Positions 53,120 through 61,884 of a stretch of 64,000 bases of DNA are shown one piece after another. The DNA lies in contig BTVJ01000013.1 in assembly GCA_045863395.1 (NCBI GenBank), forward strand, positions 64,001 through 128,000, read 5' to 3'. The position numbers were made by a program, and so were the translations under genes. This DNA comes from Myxococcales bacterium (GTDB taxonomy: Bacteria; Myxococcota_A; UBA9042; JABWCM01; BTVJ01). Below the pieces are notes generated by a model. It did not search any database. It was not told the DNA's origin and saw only the letters and a program-made list of their open reading frames with translations. The first letter of the stretch is position 1. The number at the start of each line of letters is the position of its first letter.

Positions 53120-55681
53120 ATGAGCCATGAGTCGAGCCGCTGGGCGGCGAGAGTTTGCAGCGGCGGTGACTTCGCCCCCCCCGGCGCGGACCTGCACTAC
53201 CCCCCCGACCTGGAGCTGGAGCCGGTCCACCTGGAGCTGGACCTACGGGTGGACGTCGCCGGCGGCGCCCTCGACGGGCGGGTGACCACCACGGTCCGCG
53301 CCCTCCACGCGGGCCCCCGCACCCTGACCCTGGACGCGGTCGCGTTCGAGGCGGTCACGGCGTTGGACCCCGATGGCCGGCCCCTGGCGCACGCCTACGA
53401 CGGCGACCGGCTGCGCCTCACCTGGGTGGACCCGTTCTCCGCGGGCGAGGAGCGCCGCGTGCAGGTGACCTATCGCGTGGAGCGCCCCGCCGCGGGCCTG
53501 CTCTTCGGCGCGCCCACCCCCGAGACACCCGACACGCCGCTGTTCGCCGCCACGGACAACGAGACGGAGCGGGCGCGGCACTGGCTCCCCTGCGTCGACC
53601 TGCCCAGCGTGCGCTGCACCCAGGCGTGGGCCATCCGCGCCGACTCCCGCTTCACGGTGCTCGCCAATGGCGCGCTGGTGAACGAGACGGACCATGACGA
53701 CGGCACTCGCACGACTCGGTGGCGCCTCGACGTGCGCTGCCCGAGCTATCTGACCTGCTTCGTCGTGGGGGAGCTCGTCCGCAGAGACCACGGGCTCTGG
53801 CGCGGCCGCCCGGTCGCCTCCTTTGCGACGCCCTCCCACACGGCCGAGGACCTGGAGCGCAGCTTCGGGCGCACGCCTGCCATGCTCGCGTGGCTGGAGG
53901 CCAAGGTGGGGCAGGAGCTGCCGTTCCCCAAGTACTTCCAGTTCGCGGTGCCGGGCATCGGCGGCGCCATGGAGAACATCTCGCTCGTGAGCTGGGACGA
54001 CCGCTTCGTGCTCGACGCGGCCACAGCCCCGGAGCGCGCCTGGCTCGTCGACCTGATCAACGTGCACGAGATGGCGCACTCCTTCTTCGGCGACCTGGTG
54101 GTCTGTCGGGACTTTGCCCACGCCTGGCTCAAGGAGTCCTGGGCGACCTACATGGAGCAGTGCTGGCTCGAGGACGTCGTCGGGGCAGACGAGGCGGACT
54201 ACCTGTATTGGGACCACGCCCAGGCCTACTTCGACGAGGCGGACTCCCGCTACAAGCGCCCGCTGGTCACCCGCCGCTTCGCCTCCTCGTGGGACATGTA
54301 CGACCGCCACCTCTACCCGGGGGGCGCGTGCCGGCTGCACACGCTCCGAGGCGAGATCGGCGATGACGCGTTCTGGGCCGCGGTGCGTGACTACGTGGCG
54401 ACGCACTCGGGCGGCGTGGTGGAGACGGACGATCTGCGCCGCGCCATGGAGCGCCACAGCGGCCGCTCGCTGGGCCGCTTCTTCGACCAGTGGTTCCACT
54501 CGCCCGGCTATCCTGCCCTCGACGTCACCTTCGCGTGGGACGCCGAGCGGCGGGAGGGCACCTTCACGCTGAAGCAGACCCAGGCGGACGAGAAGGCCGG
54601 CGTGCCGCTCTTCGACCTGCACATCGAGCTGGGCTGGGTCCTCGACGGCGTGCTTCAGACCCAGGTGGTGAGCCTCAGCGCCGAGCGACACGTGCTGGTC
54701 GTGCCCATGGACCGAGACCCGGAGCAGGTCCGGGTCGATCCCCACGCCAAGGTGCTCCACAAGCTCAGCTTCGACCCGGGCGACGTCCGGGCGCGGCGCC
54801 AGCTCCGGGAGGCGCCGGACGTCATCGGGCGAATCCAGGCGGCGCGCGCCCTGTGCGAGTCCGGGCGCCGGGGCGCCGTCGAGGTGGTGAGCGCGGCCTA
54901 CGCCCATGAGCCCTTCTGGGGAGTGCGTGTCGAGCTGGCCAAGGCCCTCGCCAAGGCGGGCAGCGAGGCGGCGGCCCGGGCGCTGGAGGCCGCGGTGCGG
55001 TCCGAGGCCGATCCGATGGTCCTGGAGCACGTCCTGCGGGCTGCTGGCAAGCTGCGGGACCCTGCGCTCGCCGCGGCGTTGCGTGGGCGGATCGACGGCG
55101 GGCTCCCCCCTCGCGCCGAAGGGGCCGCGTGGGAGTCCCTGGGGGCCCAGCGCCGGGATGCCCCCCTGGACGACCTGCGCGCGGCAGCCCGCCGCGCGGG
55201 GCCCGGGGACGAGGCGCAGGCGGGGGCCCTGCGAGGCCTTGGCGAGACCCGCCACCCCGACGCCCTCGCAGCTCTCCTCGAGGCGTCCCGCCCGGCGGCC
55301 GTCCCCACCCTGGCCCGCCCCGCCGCCGCCGCGGGACTCGGCAGCCTCGGAGGCGCGCTGGAGCGGGGCCCCCGCGAGCAGGTCGTGGAGCGTCTCACGG
55401 ATCTTCTCCGTGACCCCGTCCCCCAGGTGCGGTCCGCCGCGGCGTCGGCCCTCGCAGCCATGCGCGCCACGGAGGCGGCGGGCGCCATCGACGCCTACGC
55501 CCGGCGCCTCGCCCGCCAGGACCGCGTGCGCGCCGAGCGCCTGGCGGCGGACCTGCGGGCGGCCGAGTCCCCCCAGGTCACGGCCTTGCAGAAGCAGGTC
55601 GACGAGCTGCGCGAGAAGCTCAAGAAGGTCGAGGCCACGCTGCAGGGCGTCCAGGCGCGCGTCTCCCCCAACGGGGAGTGA
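53120..55681 (+). CDS. pepN: M1-family aminopeptidase N with C-terminal HEAT repeats and coiled coil
   Basis: GGAMEN, HEMAH-x18-E ('WLKES'), 'YPGGACRLHTLR'; HEAT repeats; C-terminal coiled coil 'LQKQVDELREKLKKVEATL'. Confidence 0.9.
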   Translation: MSHESSRWAARVCSGGDFAPPGADLHYPPDLELEPVHLELDLRVDVAGGALDGRVTTTVRALHAGPRTLTLDAVAFEAVTALDPDGRPLAHAYDGDRLRLTWVDPFSAGEERRVQVTYRVERPAAGLLFGAPTPETPDTPLFAATDNETERARHWLPCVDLPSVRCTQAWAIRADSRFTVLANGALVNETDHDDGTRTTRWRLDVRCPSYLTCFVVGELVRRDHGLWRGRPVASFATPSHTAEDLERSFGRTPAMLAWLEAKVGQELPFPKYFQFAVPGIGGAMENISLVSWDDRFVLDAATAPERAWLVDLINVHEMAHSFFGDLVVCRDFAHAWLKESWATYMEQCWLEDVVGADEADYLYWDHAQAYFDEADSRYKRPLVTRRFASSWDMYDRHLYPGGACRLHTLRGEIGDDAFWAAVRDYVATHSGGVVETDDLRRAMERHSGRSLGRFFDQWFHSPGYPALDVTFAWDAERREGTFTLKQTQADEKAGVPLFDLHIELGWVLDGVLQTQVVSLSAERHVLVVPMDRDPEQVRVDPHAKVLHKLSFDPGDVRARRQLREAPDVIGRIQAARALCESGRRGAVEVVSAAYAHEPFWGVRVELAKALAKAGSEAAARALEAAVRSEADPMVLEHVLRAAGKLRDPALAAALRGRIDGGLPPRAEGAAWESLGAQRRDAPLDDLRAAARRAGPGDEAQAGALRGLGETRHPDALAALLEASRPAAVPTLARPAAAAGLGSLGGALERGPREQVVERLTDLLRDPVPQVRSAAASALAAMRATEAAGAIDAYARRLARQDRVRAERLAADLRAAESPQVTALQKQVDELREKLKKVEATLQGVQARVSPNGE

Positions 55682-55830
55682 CACGACGGGCACCGTGTCC
55701 GTGCGCCCCGCCGACCGCTCACCCCCCTGAGGCCCCCGACCACCGCCCGCGGGAACCACCGCGTCTGGACACGCGCCCCGACTCGCGTCATCCTGGGCGC
55801 GCTCCCCCCAACGCCGGAGGCTCGACGCCA

Positions 55831-56883
55831 ATGAGCGCGACCGTCAGCATGTGGCTCGGCATCGCCTTCCTCGGGCTCGCCGTCGCGGCGACCCTCCTCC
55901 AGGCCTGGCTCTGGAGCTTCCCCATGGCGCCGGACCCGGGCGGGCCCGACCCCAACGGCCGCTCGACGGCCCCGCGCTCCTGGACCCACGTCCACCGCGC
56001 CATGGGCCTCGCCTACCTGGCGATCTACGTCGCCATGATGATCGAGATGGTCCCTCGGCTCTGGGAGTACCAGTTCGAGCTGCCGGCGCGCACGGTCATG
56101 CACGCGGTCATGGGCATCACCATCGGCGTGCTGCTGGCCGCGAAGATCGCGATCATCCGCTGGTTCCAGCACTTCGGGAAGGCGCTGCCCACCATCGGCC
56201 TCACCCTGCTCCTTTGCACGGTCATCCTCTCGACCTTGTCGCTGCCCTTCGCGCTGCGCGCGCATGACGTCGGCGGCCAGACCCTGGACCCGCAGAACCT
56301 CGCGCGCGTCCGGCGCATCCTCGCGGGTCTCGACTTCGGCCACGCCGTCGACGCGGACGCGCTGACCACGCGAGCGTCCATGGAGGCGGGGCGGGACGTG
56401 CTCGCGCGCAAGTGCACGGTCTGCCACGACATCCGCACCATCATCATCAAGCCGCGCACGGGGGCCGCCTGGCTCGACAGCGTGCAGCGCATGGCGCAGA
56501 AGCCCGCCATCGGGGAGCCCATCACCGAGCCGGACATCGCGGTGGTCACCGCCTACCTGGTGGCGATCACGCCCGACATCCAGGAGTCCACAAAGCGCAA
56601 GCAACGCCAGGAGCGCCAGCGCGAGGAGCGGGCCGCCGAGGTGGCCGCCCTGCCCGCCCCCGAGGCCCCCCCCGCGTTCGACCCCGTGAAGGTGCGCCCG
56701 GTCTACGAGGACAAGTGCTCCCAGTGCCACGAGCTCACGGAGGTGGCGGCCGCTGGCGGCAAGGACGAGGCAGGCTGGGCGGCCATCGTCCGCCGCATGG
56801 TGGAGGACAACGGCGCGGAGCTGAGCGAGCAGGAGGCGCGAGACATCACCCTCTACCTGGCGGTGTCTCACGGGAAGCCGTAG
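55831..56883 (+). CDS. Membrane-bound dihaem c-type cytochrome with a four-TM N-terminal domain
   Basis: Four TM helices, two containing His (HRAMG, MHAVMG); two CxxCH motifs (CTVCH, CSQCH), each followed by 'W...V.RM'. Confidence 0.85.
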   Translation: MSATVSMWLGIAFLGLAVAATLLQAWLWSFPMAPDPGGPDPNGRSTAPRSWTHVHRAMGLAYLAIYVAMMIEMVPRLWEYQFELPARTVMHAVMGITIGVLLAAKIAIIRWFQHFGKALPTIGLTLLLCTVILSTLSLPFALRAHDVGGQTLDPQNLARVRRILAGLDFGHAVDADALTTRASMEAGRDVLARKCTVCHDIRTIIIKPRTGAAWLDSVQRMAQKPAIGEPITEPDIAVVTAYLVAITPDIQESTKRKQRQERQREERAAEVAALPAPEAPPAFDPVKVRPVYEDKCSQCHELTEVAAAGGKDEAGWAAIVRRMVEDNGAELSEQEARDITLYLAVSHGKP

Positions 56884-57003
56884 CGCCGCACACCTTGGCA
56901 GGGCTCGGACCTGTGGTGAGGCGGCCGTGCCCGGGCCCCGATGCCGCCTCCCAGGACGACGCAGGGGCTTGCGCGCCCACGCCGACAGGTCCACCATCGG
57001 GCC

Positions 57004-57702
57004 ATGATGCGGCGCGCAGCACTCTGGATCGGGGCGCTGGCCATCGCCATCGTGGCGTGGCTGCTGGTGTGGCCGCCGGCCGGGGAGCGAGACGCGCCGG
57101 GCCCATCGCCACCCGACGCTCCGCCCGCGGACGCCGGCAGCACCGAGGACACTGGGCCCGGCCCCGTCAGGGTGGCGCGCCGTCAGGAGGCCCCCCCCGC
57201 GACCCCGGCCCGCTCCGACGGTCCATCCGCCGAGCCCGCCCCCACCGGCCCCGGGCAGCCGCCCAGCCCTCCATCCGTGCCGGCGGACGCTCCCCGGCTG
57301 GGACGTCCACCGCTCCCCACGGCAGGAGGAGGCCACTCCCCCGAGCCCGCGGCGGTTGACGAGCCTGACCCCGCCCGAGAGCTCGTCTTCTCACCCGACA
57401 AGGACGGGGTCCAGGGAGCGGTGCGCGAGGCCTTGCCGGCGATCCAGGAGTGCTACGAGGGGTGGCTGGAGGCGGACCCGGGCCTCGCTGGCGCCATCAA
57501 GGTGCGGTTCACCGTGGAGGCGGACGGCGAGGAGGCGCGCGTGACGAGCGCGTCGCTGCTCTCTTCCACGATGGCGCACCCCTTCGTCGAGGGCTGCGTG
57601 CTCAACGCGATGAGCGGGCTCCGCTTCGATCCTCCGGAGGGGGGCCGCCTGGACGTGACCTACCCTCTGCGGTTCGCGCCCAGCGAGGAGGCTCCTCCGT
57701 AG
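57004..57702 (+). CDS. AgmX/PglI C-terminal (TonB-C-like) domain protein
   Basis: N-terminal TM, Pro-rich linker, 'IQECYE..L..DP.L.G.IKVRFTV...G...CVL.AM..LRF..P.GG...VTYP..F'. Confidence 0.85.
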   Translation: MMRRAALWIGALAIAIVAWLLVWPPAGERDAPGPSPPDAPPADAGSTEDTGPGPVRVARRQEAPPATPARSDGPSAEPAPTGPGQPPSPPSVPADAPRLGRPPLPTAGGGHSPEPAAVDEPDPARELVFSPDKDGVQGAVREALPAIQECYEGWLEADPGLAGAIKVRFTVEADGEEARVTSASLLSSTMAHPFVEGCVLNAMSGLRFDPPEGGRLDVTYPLRFAPSEEAPP

Positions 57703-57925
57703 GGGAGGCACCGGCGTACCCGAACGTGTCGGGGTCGGGCCATGGAGCCCGCGCATCGGCCTGGTTGTGCGGTTCGGCGGTCTCCGGCATGATGGCCTGC
57801 ACCGTGCGACGAGCGCGGCCGACGACCGGGAGCGGCGACGGCCAGCATCGGGCCCCTTGGTCGCCGGAGCGTGACGCACTGCGAGGCGCGCTCGGGCGTC
57901 TCGCACGCAGGGATCGACGACGCCG

Positions 57926-60505
57926 ATGGTCAGACTCTGTTGGTCGAGCAGGCCACCACTCCGGAGCCCCCCGGCGCGTCGGGAGGACGTCGGCGTATCA
58001 CAGCTTCCCGTCCACAGGGGTGTCTCTCGCAGCACACCGAGCCGCGCCGGCCTCCTCGCCGTCACACTGCTGGCGCTCCTCGCCACACTCGGGCACGCCG
58101 ACCCGACTGACGCTCGCACGGTGCGGATGGGCGTCTACCAGAACAAGCCCAAGGTCTTCATGGATGAGAGGGGCGAGGCCGACGGCCTGTTCGTCAATCT
58201 CTTCGACGAGATCGCCCGCGCCGAGGGCTGGACCCCGCTCTACGTGCCCTGCCAATGGACGGAGTGCTTGGACGAGCTCGAGGCCGGACGCATCGACCTG
58301 ATGCCGGACGTCGCACACTCGCGGGAGCGCGCGCGGCGCTTCGCCTTCCACAAGACTCCGGTCCTGGAGAGCTGGTCTCAGATCTACGCGTCTCCCGGGG
58401 CCTCGATCCAGACCATGGCGGACCTGGACGGCAAGCGGGTCGCCCTGCTCGGGGGGTCCATCCAGCAGACGACGTTCGGACAGATGATGGCCGGGTTTGG
58501 CTTCGAGACGACCCTCATCCCGACAGACTCTCTTGAAGACGCTTTCCGGGCTGTCCAGAAGGGCGAGGCCGACGCCGCCATCGCCAACCACTTCTTCGGA
58601 GAGTACTTTCACGAGGAGTATGGGCTGGTCCGGACGTCCGTGGTCTTTCACGTGGCGCAGCTCTATTTCGTCACGGCCAAGGGTCGAAACCGGGACCTGC
58701 TGGACGCAATCGACCGGCGCCTCGATCAGTGGCGGGCAGAGTCGAACTCGGCCTACTACGCGACTCTGGGCCGATGGATGGATCGTCCGCCCGTGAGTGT
58801 GGTCCCCCGCAGAGTCATCTGGGTGGTGGGGATCTCCCTCGCCCTTCTGCTGCTGGCCGTCTGCGCCATTCTGCTCCTGCGTCACCAGGTCAGATCGAGA
58901 ACCCGCCACCTGGTCCGGGTCAACGAGGAGCTGCATGAGACCCAGGCAGCGCTCCTCAAGAGCGAGTCTCTCCTGAACTCCGTCGAGCGACTGAGTCGAG
59001 TCGGAGGGTGGGAGTGGGACGTCGAGAAGCAGACTGTGTCCTGGACGGACGAGACGTGGCGGATCCACGGACTGGAGCGGGTCGGGTCTTCCGACGCCTC
59101 GCGGGAGCTCCTTGACCGGAGCCTCGCGTGCTTCGACCCGGCGGCCCAGCCGCGGGTGCGGGAGGCACTTCAGCGCTGCGAGGAGCTCGGCGAACCGTTC
59201 GATCTTGAAGGCGGCTTCACGAGCGCCGCTGGGAAGCGCCTCTGGGTGCGCACGACGGCCGTCCCCATCCGAGGTGAGAGCGGCAAGGTCGACCGGGTCG
59301 TAGGCAACATCATGGACGTCACCACTCGCAAGGCAGCCGACCAGGAGCGCCGGCACCTCGAGGACCAGCTCCGGCAGTCCATGAAGATGGACGCCATCGG
59401 CAAGCTCGCGGGCGGTGTCGCCCACGACTTCAACAACCAGCTCACCGTGATCCTCAACTACGCCGACATGGCCCTCCTGCACGTGACGGACGAGCGCGTG
59501 CGGCGGCTGCTGACGGAGGTCGTGAACGCCGGGCAGCGGTCCGCGGCGCTGACCCGGCAGCTCCTGGCCTTCAGCCGCAAGCAGGCGCTGGAGCTCAAGC
59601 CCGTCGACGTGAACCAGTGCGCCTCGAACCTCGAGAAGATGCTCCGCCGAGTCCTCGGCGAGGACGTCCACCTGCGGCTGGACCTGGCGCCAGACCTGGG
59701 CCTGACATTGGCGGACGCGGGACAGATCGATCAGGTGCTCATGAACCTGGTGATCAATGCGCGGGACGCCATGCCCACCGGCGGCACTCTGACCATCGAG
59801 ACATCCAACGCCGAACTGGACCCCTCCCAAGGCGAGCGGCAGGTGGACGTGGCGCCGGGGCCGTATGTGATGCTGTCGGTGACGGACACGGGCGTGGGCA
59901 TGGACGAGGACACCCGCGCCCGAATCTTCGAGCCCTTCTTCACGACGAAGCCGGCGGGCAAGGGGACCGGGCTTGGACTGTCCATCGTCTACGGGATCGT
60001 GAGGCAGTGCGGTGGCCACATCCACGTCCGGAGCGAGCCGGGCCGAGGGGCGTGCTTCCAGATCCTGCTGCCTCGCGAGCTGACGGCGGTCGTGGCTGCC
60101 TCCGAGGTCACCGCACCGCCGGCACAGGTGGGCGGGAGCGAGACCATCCTGGTGGTCGAGGACGACGCCGCGGTCCGGGAGCTGACGGCCGAGGTGCTCC
60201 GAGCCGCCGGCTACAACGTGCTGGTCGCGGCCAGCGGCGACGAGGCGCAGCCGGCCGCCGAAGCGCACGACGGCGACATCCACCTGCTGTTGACGGACGT
60301 GGTCCTGCCCGGCCTCGGTGGGACTGCCCTGGCCGCCCACCTCACGGAGGCGCGACCGGGGATCAAGGTCCTCTTCATGTCGGGGTACAGCGACATGACC
60401 GTCATCCATGACGCCGTCGCCGCGGACGCGGTCCGGCTCATCCCCAAGCCGTTCACCGTCACACAGCTCGCACAGACGGTGCGCGCCACCCTGGATGGGG
60501 GCTGA
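57926..60505 (+). CDS. Hybrid sensor histidine kinase (periplasmic SBP_bac_3 sensor - TM - PAS - HisKA - HATPase - receiver)
   Basis: 'VRMGVYQNKP', PAS 'VGGWEWD...WTDET.RIHG', H-box 'GGVAHDFNN', N-box 'NLVINARDAM', 'FEPFFTTK..GKGTGLGL', receiver 'ILVVED...LLLTDVVLP...MSGY...KPF'. Start uncertain. Confidence 0.92.
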   Translation: MVRLCWSSRPPLRSPPARREDVGVSQLPVHRGVSRSTPSRAGLLAVTLLALLATLGHADPTDARTVRMGVYQNKPKVFMDERGEADGLFVNLFDEIARAEGWTPLYVPCQWTECLDELEAGRIDLMPDVAHSRERARRFAFHKTPVLESWSQIYASPGASIQTMADLDGKRVALLGGSIQQTTFGQMMAGFGFETTLIPTDSLEDAFRAVQKGEADAAIANHFFGEYFHEEYGLVRTSVVFHVAQLYFVTAKGRNRDLLDAIDRRLDQWRAESNSAYYATLGRWMDRPPVSVVPRRVIWVVGISLALLLLAVCAILLLRHQVRSRTRHLVRVNEELHETQAALLKSESLLNSVERLSRVGGWEWDVEKQTVSWTDETWRIHGLERVGSSDASRELLDRSLACFDPAAQPRVREALQRCEELGEPFDLEGGFTSAAGKRLWVRTTAVPIRGESGKVDRVVGNIMDVTTRKAADQERRHLEDQLRQSMKMDAIGKLAGGVAHDFNNQLTVILNYADMALLHVTDERVRRLLTEVVNAGQRSAALTRQLLAFSRKQALELKPVDVNQCASNLEKMLRRVLGEDVHLRLDLAPDLGLTLADAGQIDQVLMNLVINARDAMPTGGTLTIETSNAELDPSQGERQVDVAPGPYVMLSVTDTGVGMDEDTRARIFEPFFTTKPAGKGTGLGLSIVYGIVRQCGGHIHVRSEPGRGACFQILLPRELTAVVAASEVTAPPAQVGGSETILVVEDDAAVRELTAEVLRAAGYNVLVAASGDEAQPAAEAHDGDIHLLLTDVVLPGLGGTALAAHLTEARPGIKVLFMSGYSDMTVIHDAVAADAVRLIPKPFTVTQLAQTVRATLDGG

Positions 60506-60526
60506 GCGCGCCGCAGGCCCGCACCC

Positions 60527-61741
60527 TCAGAGAGGCGTACCCGAGTCCGCGGCGGTGCGGTCGAGCTTCGCGAGCAGGGCGACCACCACCTTGGCGCCGA
60601 TGGTGATTGCCCGGTCGTCCGCGACGAAGTGGCTGGAGTGGAGCTGGTGGACCGGCCCGTCGGTGCGCGTGCCCAGGCGGAAGAACAGCCCCGGCGCCTG
60701 GGTCAGGTACTCGGAGAAGTCCTCGCCGCCCATGCTGGCCCGGTCGATGGCGACCACGGCCTCGGGGCCCAGCGTGGCGCCGACGACCGCCTCGGCCGCT
60801 GCGCAGAGCCGCGGATCGTTGAGGATCGGCGGGGACCCCTGCTGGACGCGCATCTCCAGGGCCCCACCGGCAGGCTCCACCACGGCGCTCGCCAGCGTGC
60901 GCACCAGCTCCAGGGCCCGCGCGCGCATCACCAGGTCGAACGACCGGCACGTGCCCGCCACCTCGGCCACGTCGGGGATCACGTTGGGCGCGCTCCCCGC
61001 GTGGAAGCGCCCGACGGTGATCACGAAGGGGTCCCGAGCATCCATCATGCGCGGCAGGGTCGAGTAGAGCTCCGAGACCACGCGGGTCCCGAGCAGGATG
61101 GGGTCCACCGCCAGGTGGGGGCGCGCCGAGTGGCCCCCGCGCCCTCGGATCACGAGCTCGAAGGAGTCCACCGCGGCGGTCAGGGCCCCAGGCCGGAGCC
61201 CGACGCGGCCAAGCTCGATCTGGGGGTCCACGTGCAGCGCGGTGATGGCCCGAACCCCGGTCATGGCGCCATGCCGCACCATCTCGATGGCGCCGCCGGG
61301 CGCCACCTCCTCCGCAGGCTCGAAGATGAACCGCAGGTTGTGGCGCAGGCGCTCCCGGTGCGACGCGAAGACCAGCGCCGCCCCCAGGCCCACCGCCGTG
61401 TGCACGTCGTGGCCGCAGGCGTGCATCACCCCGGGGATCGTGCTGCGAGGCACCCGCGGGTCCTCCGACAGGTCGCTCAGGGGAAGCGCGTCGATGTCCG
61501 CCCGGTGGGCCACGAAGGGGGCGCCCTCCGCGGTGACCAGATCCGCGATGAGCCCGGTCCCCGTGGGCCCGACGCGGCAGTCGTAGCCGGCGGCCTCCAG
61601 CTCACCGAGCAGCAGCGCGGTGGTCTCGGTCTCGGCCCACGCCGGCTCCGGGTGGGCGTGCAGCCGGTGGCGCACCTCCACGAGCCGCGGCGTCAGGTGG
61701 AGCAGCTCGGTGAGCAGCGGAGACAGCTCGCTCGGGGACAT
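60527..61741 (-). CDS. M20 family amidohydrolase (aminoacylase / hippurate hydrolase-like)
   Basis: 'LHAHPE', 'RADIDAL', 'MHACGHDVH', 'FEPAEE', 'GGHSARPH', 'GGEDF', 'LHS'. Confidence 0.92.
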   Translation of the reverse strand: MSPSELSPLLTELLHLTPRLVEVRHRLHAHPEPAWAETETTALLLGELEAAGYDCRVGPTGTGLIADLVTAEGAPFVAHRADIDALPLSDLSEDPRVPRSTIPGVMHACGHDVHTAVGLGAALVFASHRERLRHNLRFIFEPAEEVAPGGAIEMVRHGAMTGVRAITALHVDPQIELGRVGLRPGALTAAVDSFELVIRGRGGHSARPHLAVDPILLGTRVVSELYSTLPRMMDARDPFVITVGRFHAGSAPNVIPDVAEVAGTCRSFDLVMRARALELVRTLASAVVEPAGGALEMRVQQGSPPILNDPRLCAAAEAVVGATLGPEAVVAIDRASMGGEDFSEYLTQAPGLFFRLGTRTDGPVHQLHSSHFVADDRAITIGAKVVVALLAKLDRTAADSGTPL

Positions 61742-61780
61742 CCTCACTCCTGTGGGGCCCGGTGGACCTCATTGGCGCGC

Positions 61781-61809
61781 TTGGGTGCGCAACCGGGGCG
61801 TGCTACAAC
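61781..61809 (+). promoter_or_regulatory. Candidate promoter for the GH13 gene
   Basis: TTGGGT, 17 nt, TACAAC with an extended TG motif (TGcTACAAC). Confidence 0.3.
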
Positions 61810-61884
61810 GCACGACGGTCGGCGCCCCCGGGGACCTGCCCCAGCCCCCGCGTGCCCGGGGGGCCAAAGCCCCAAGGAGCGCCC

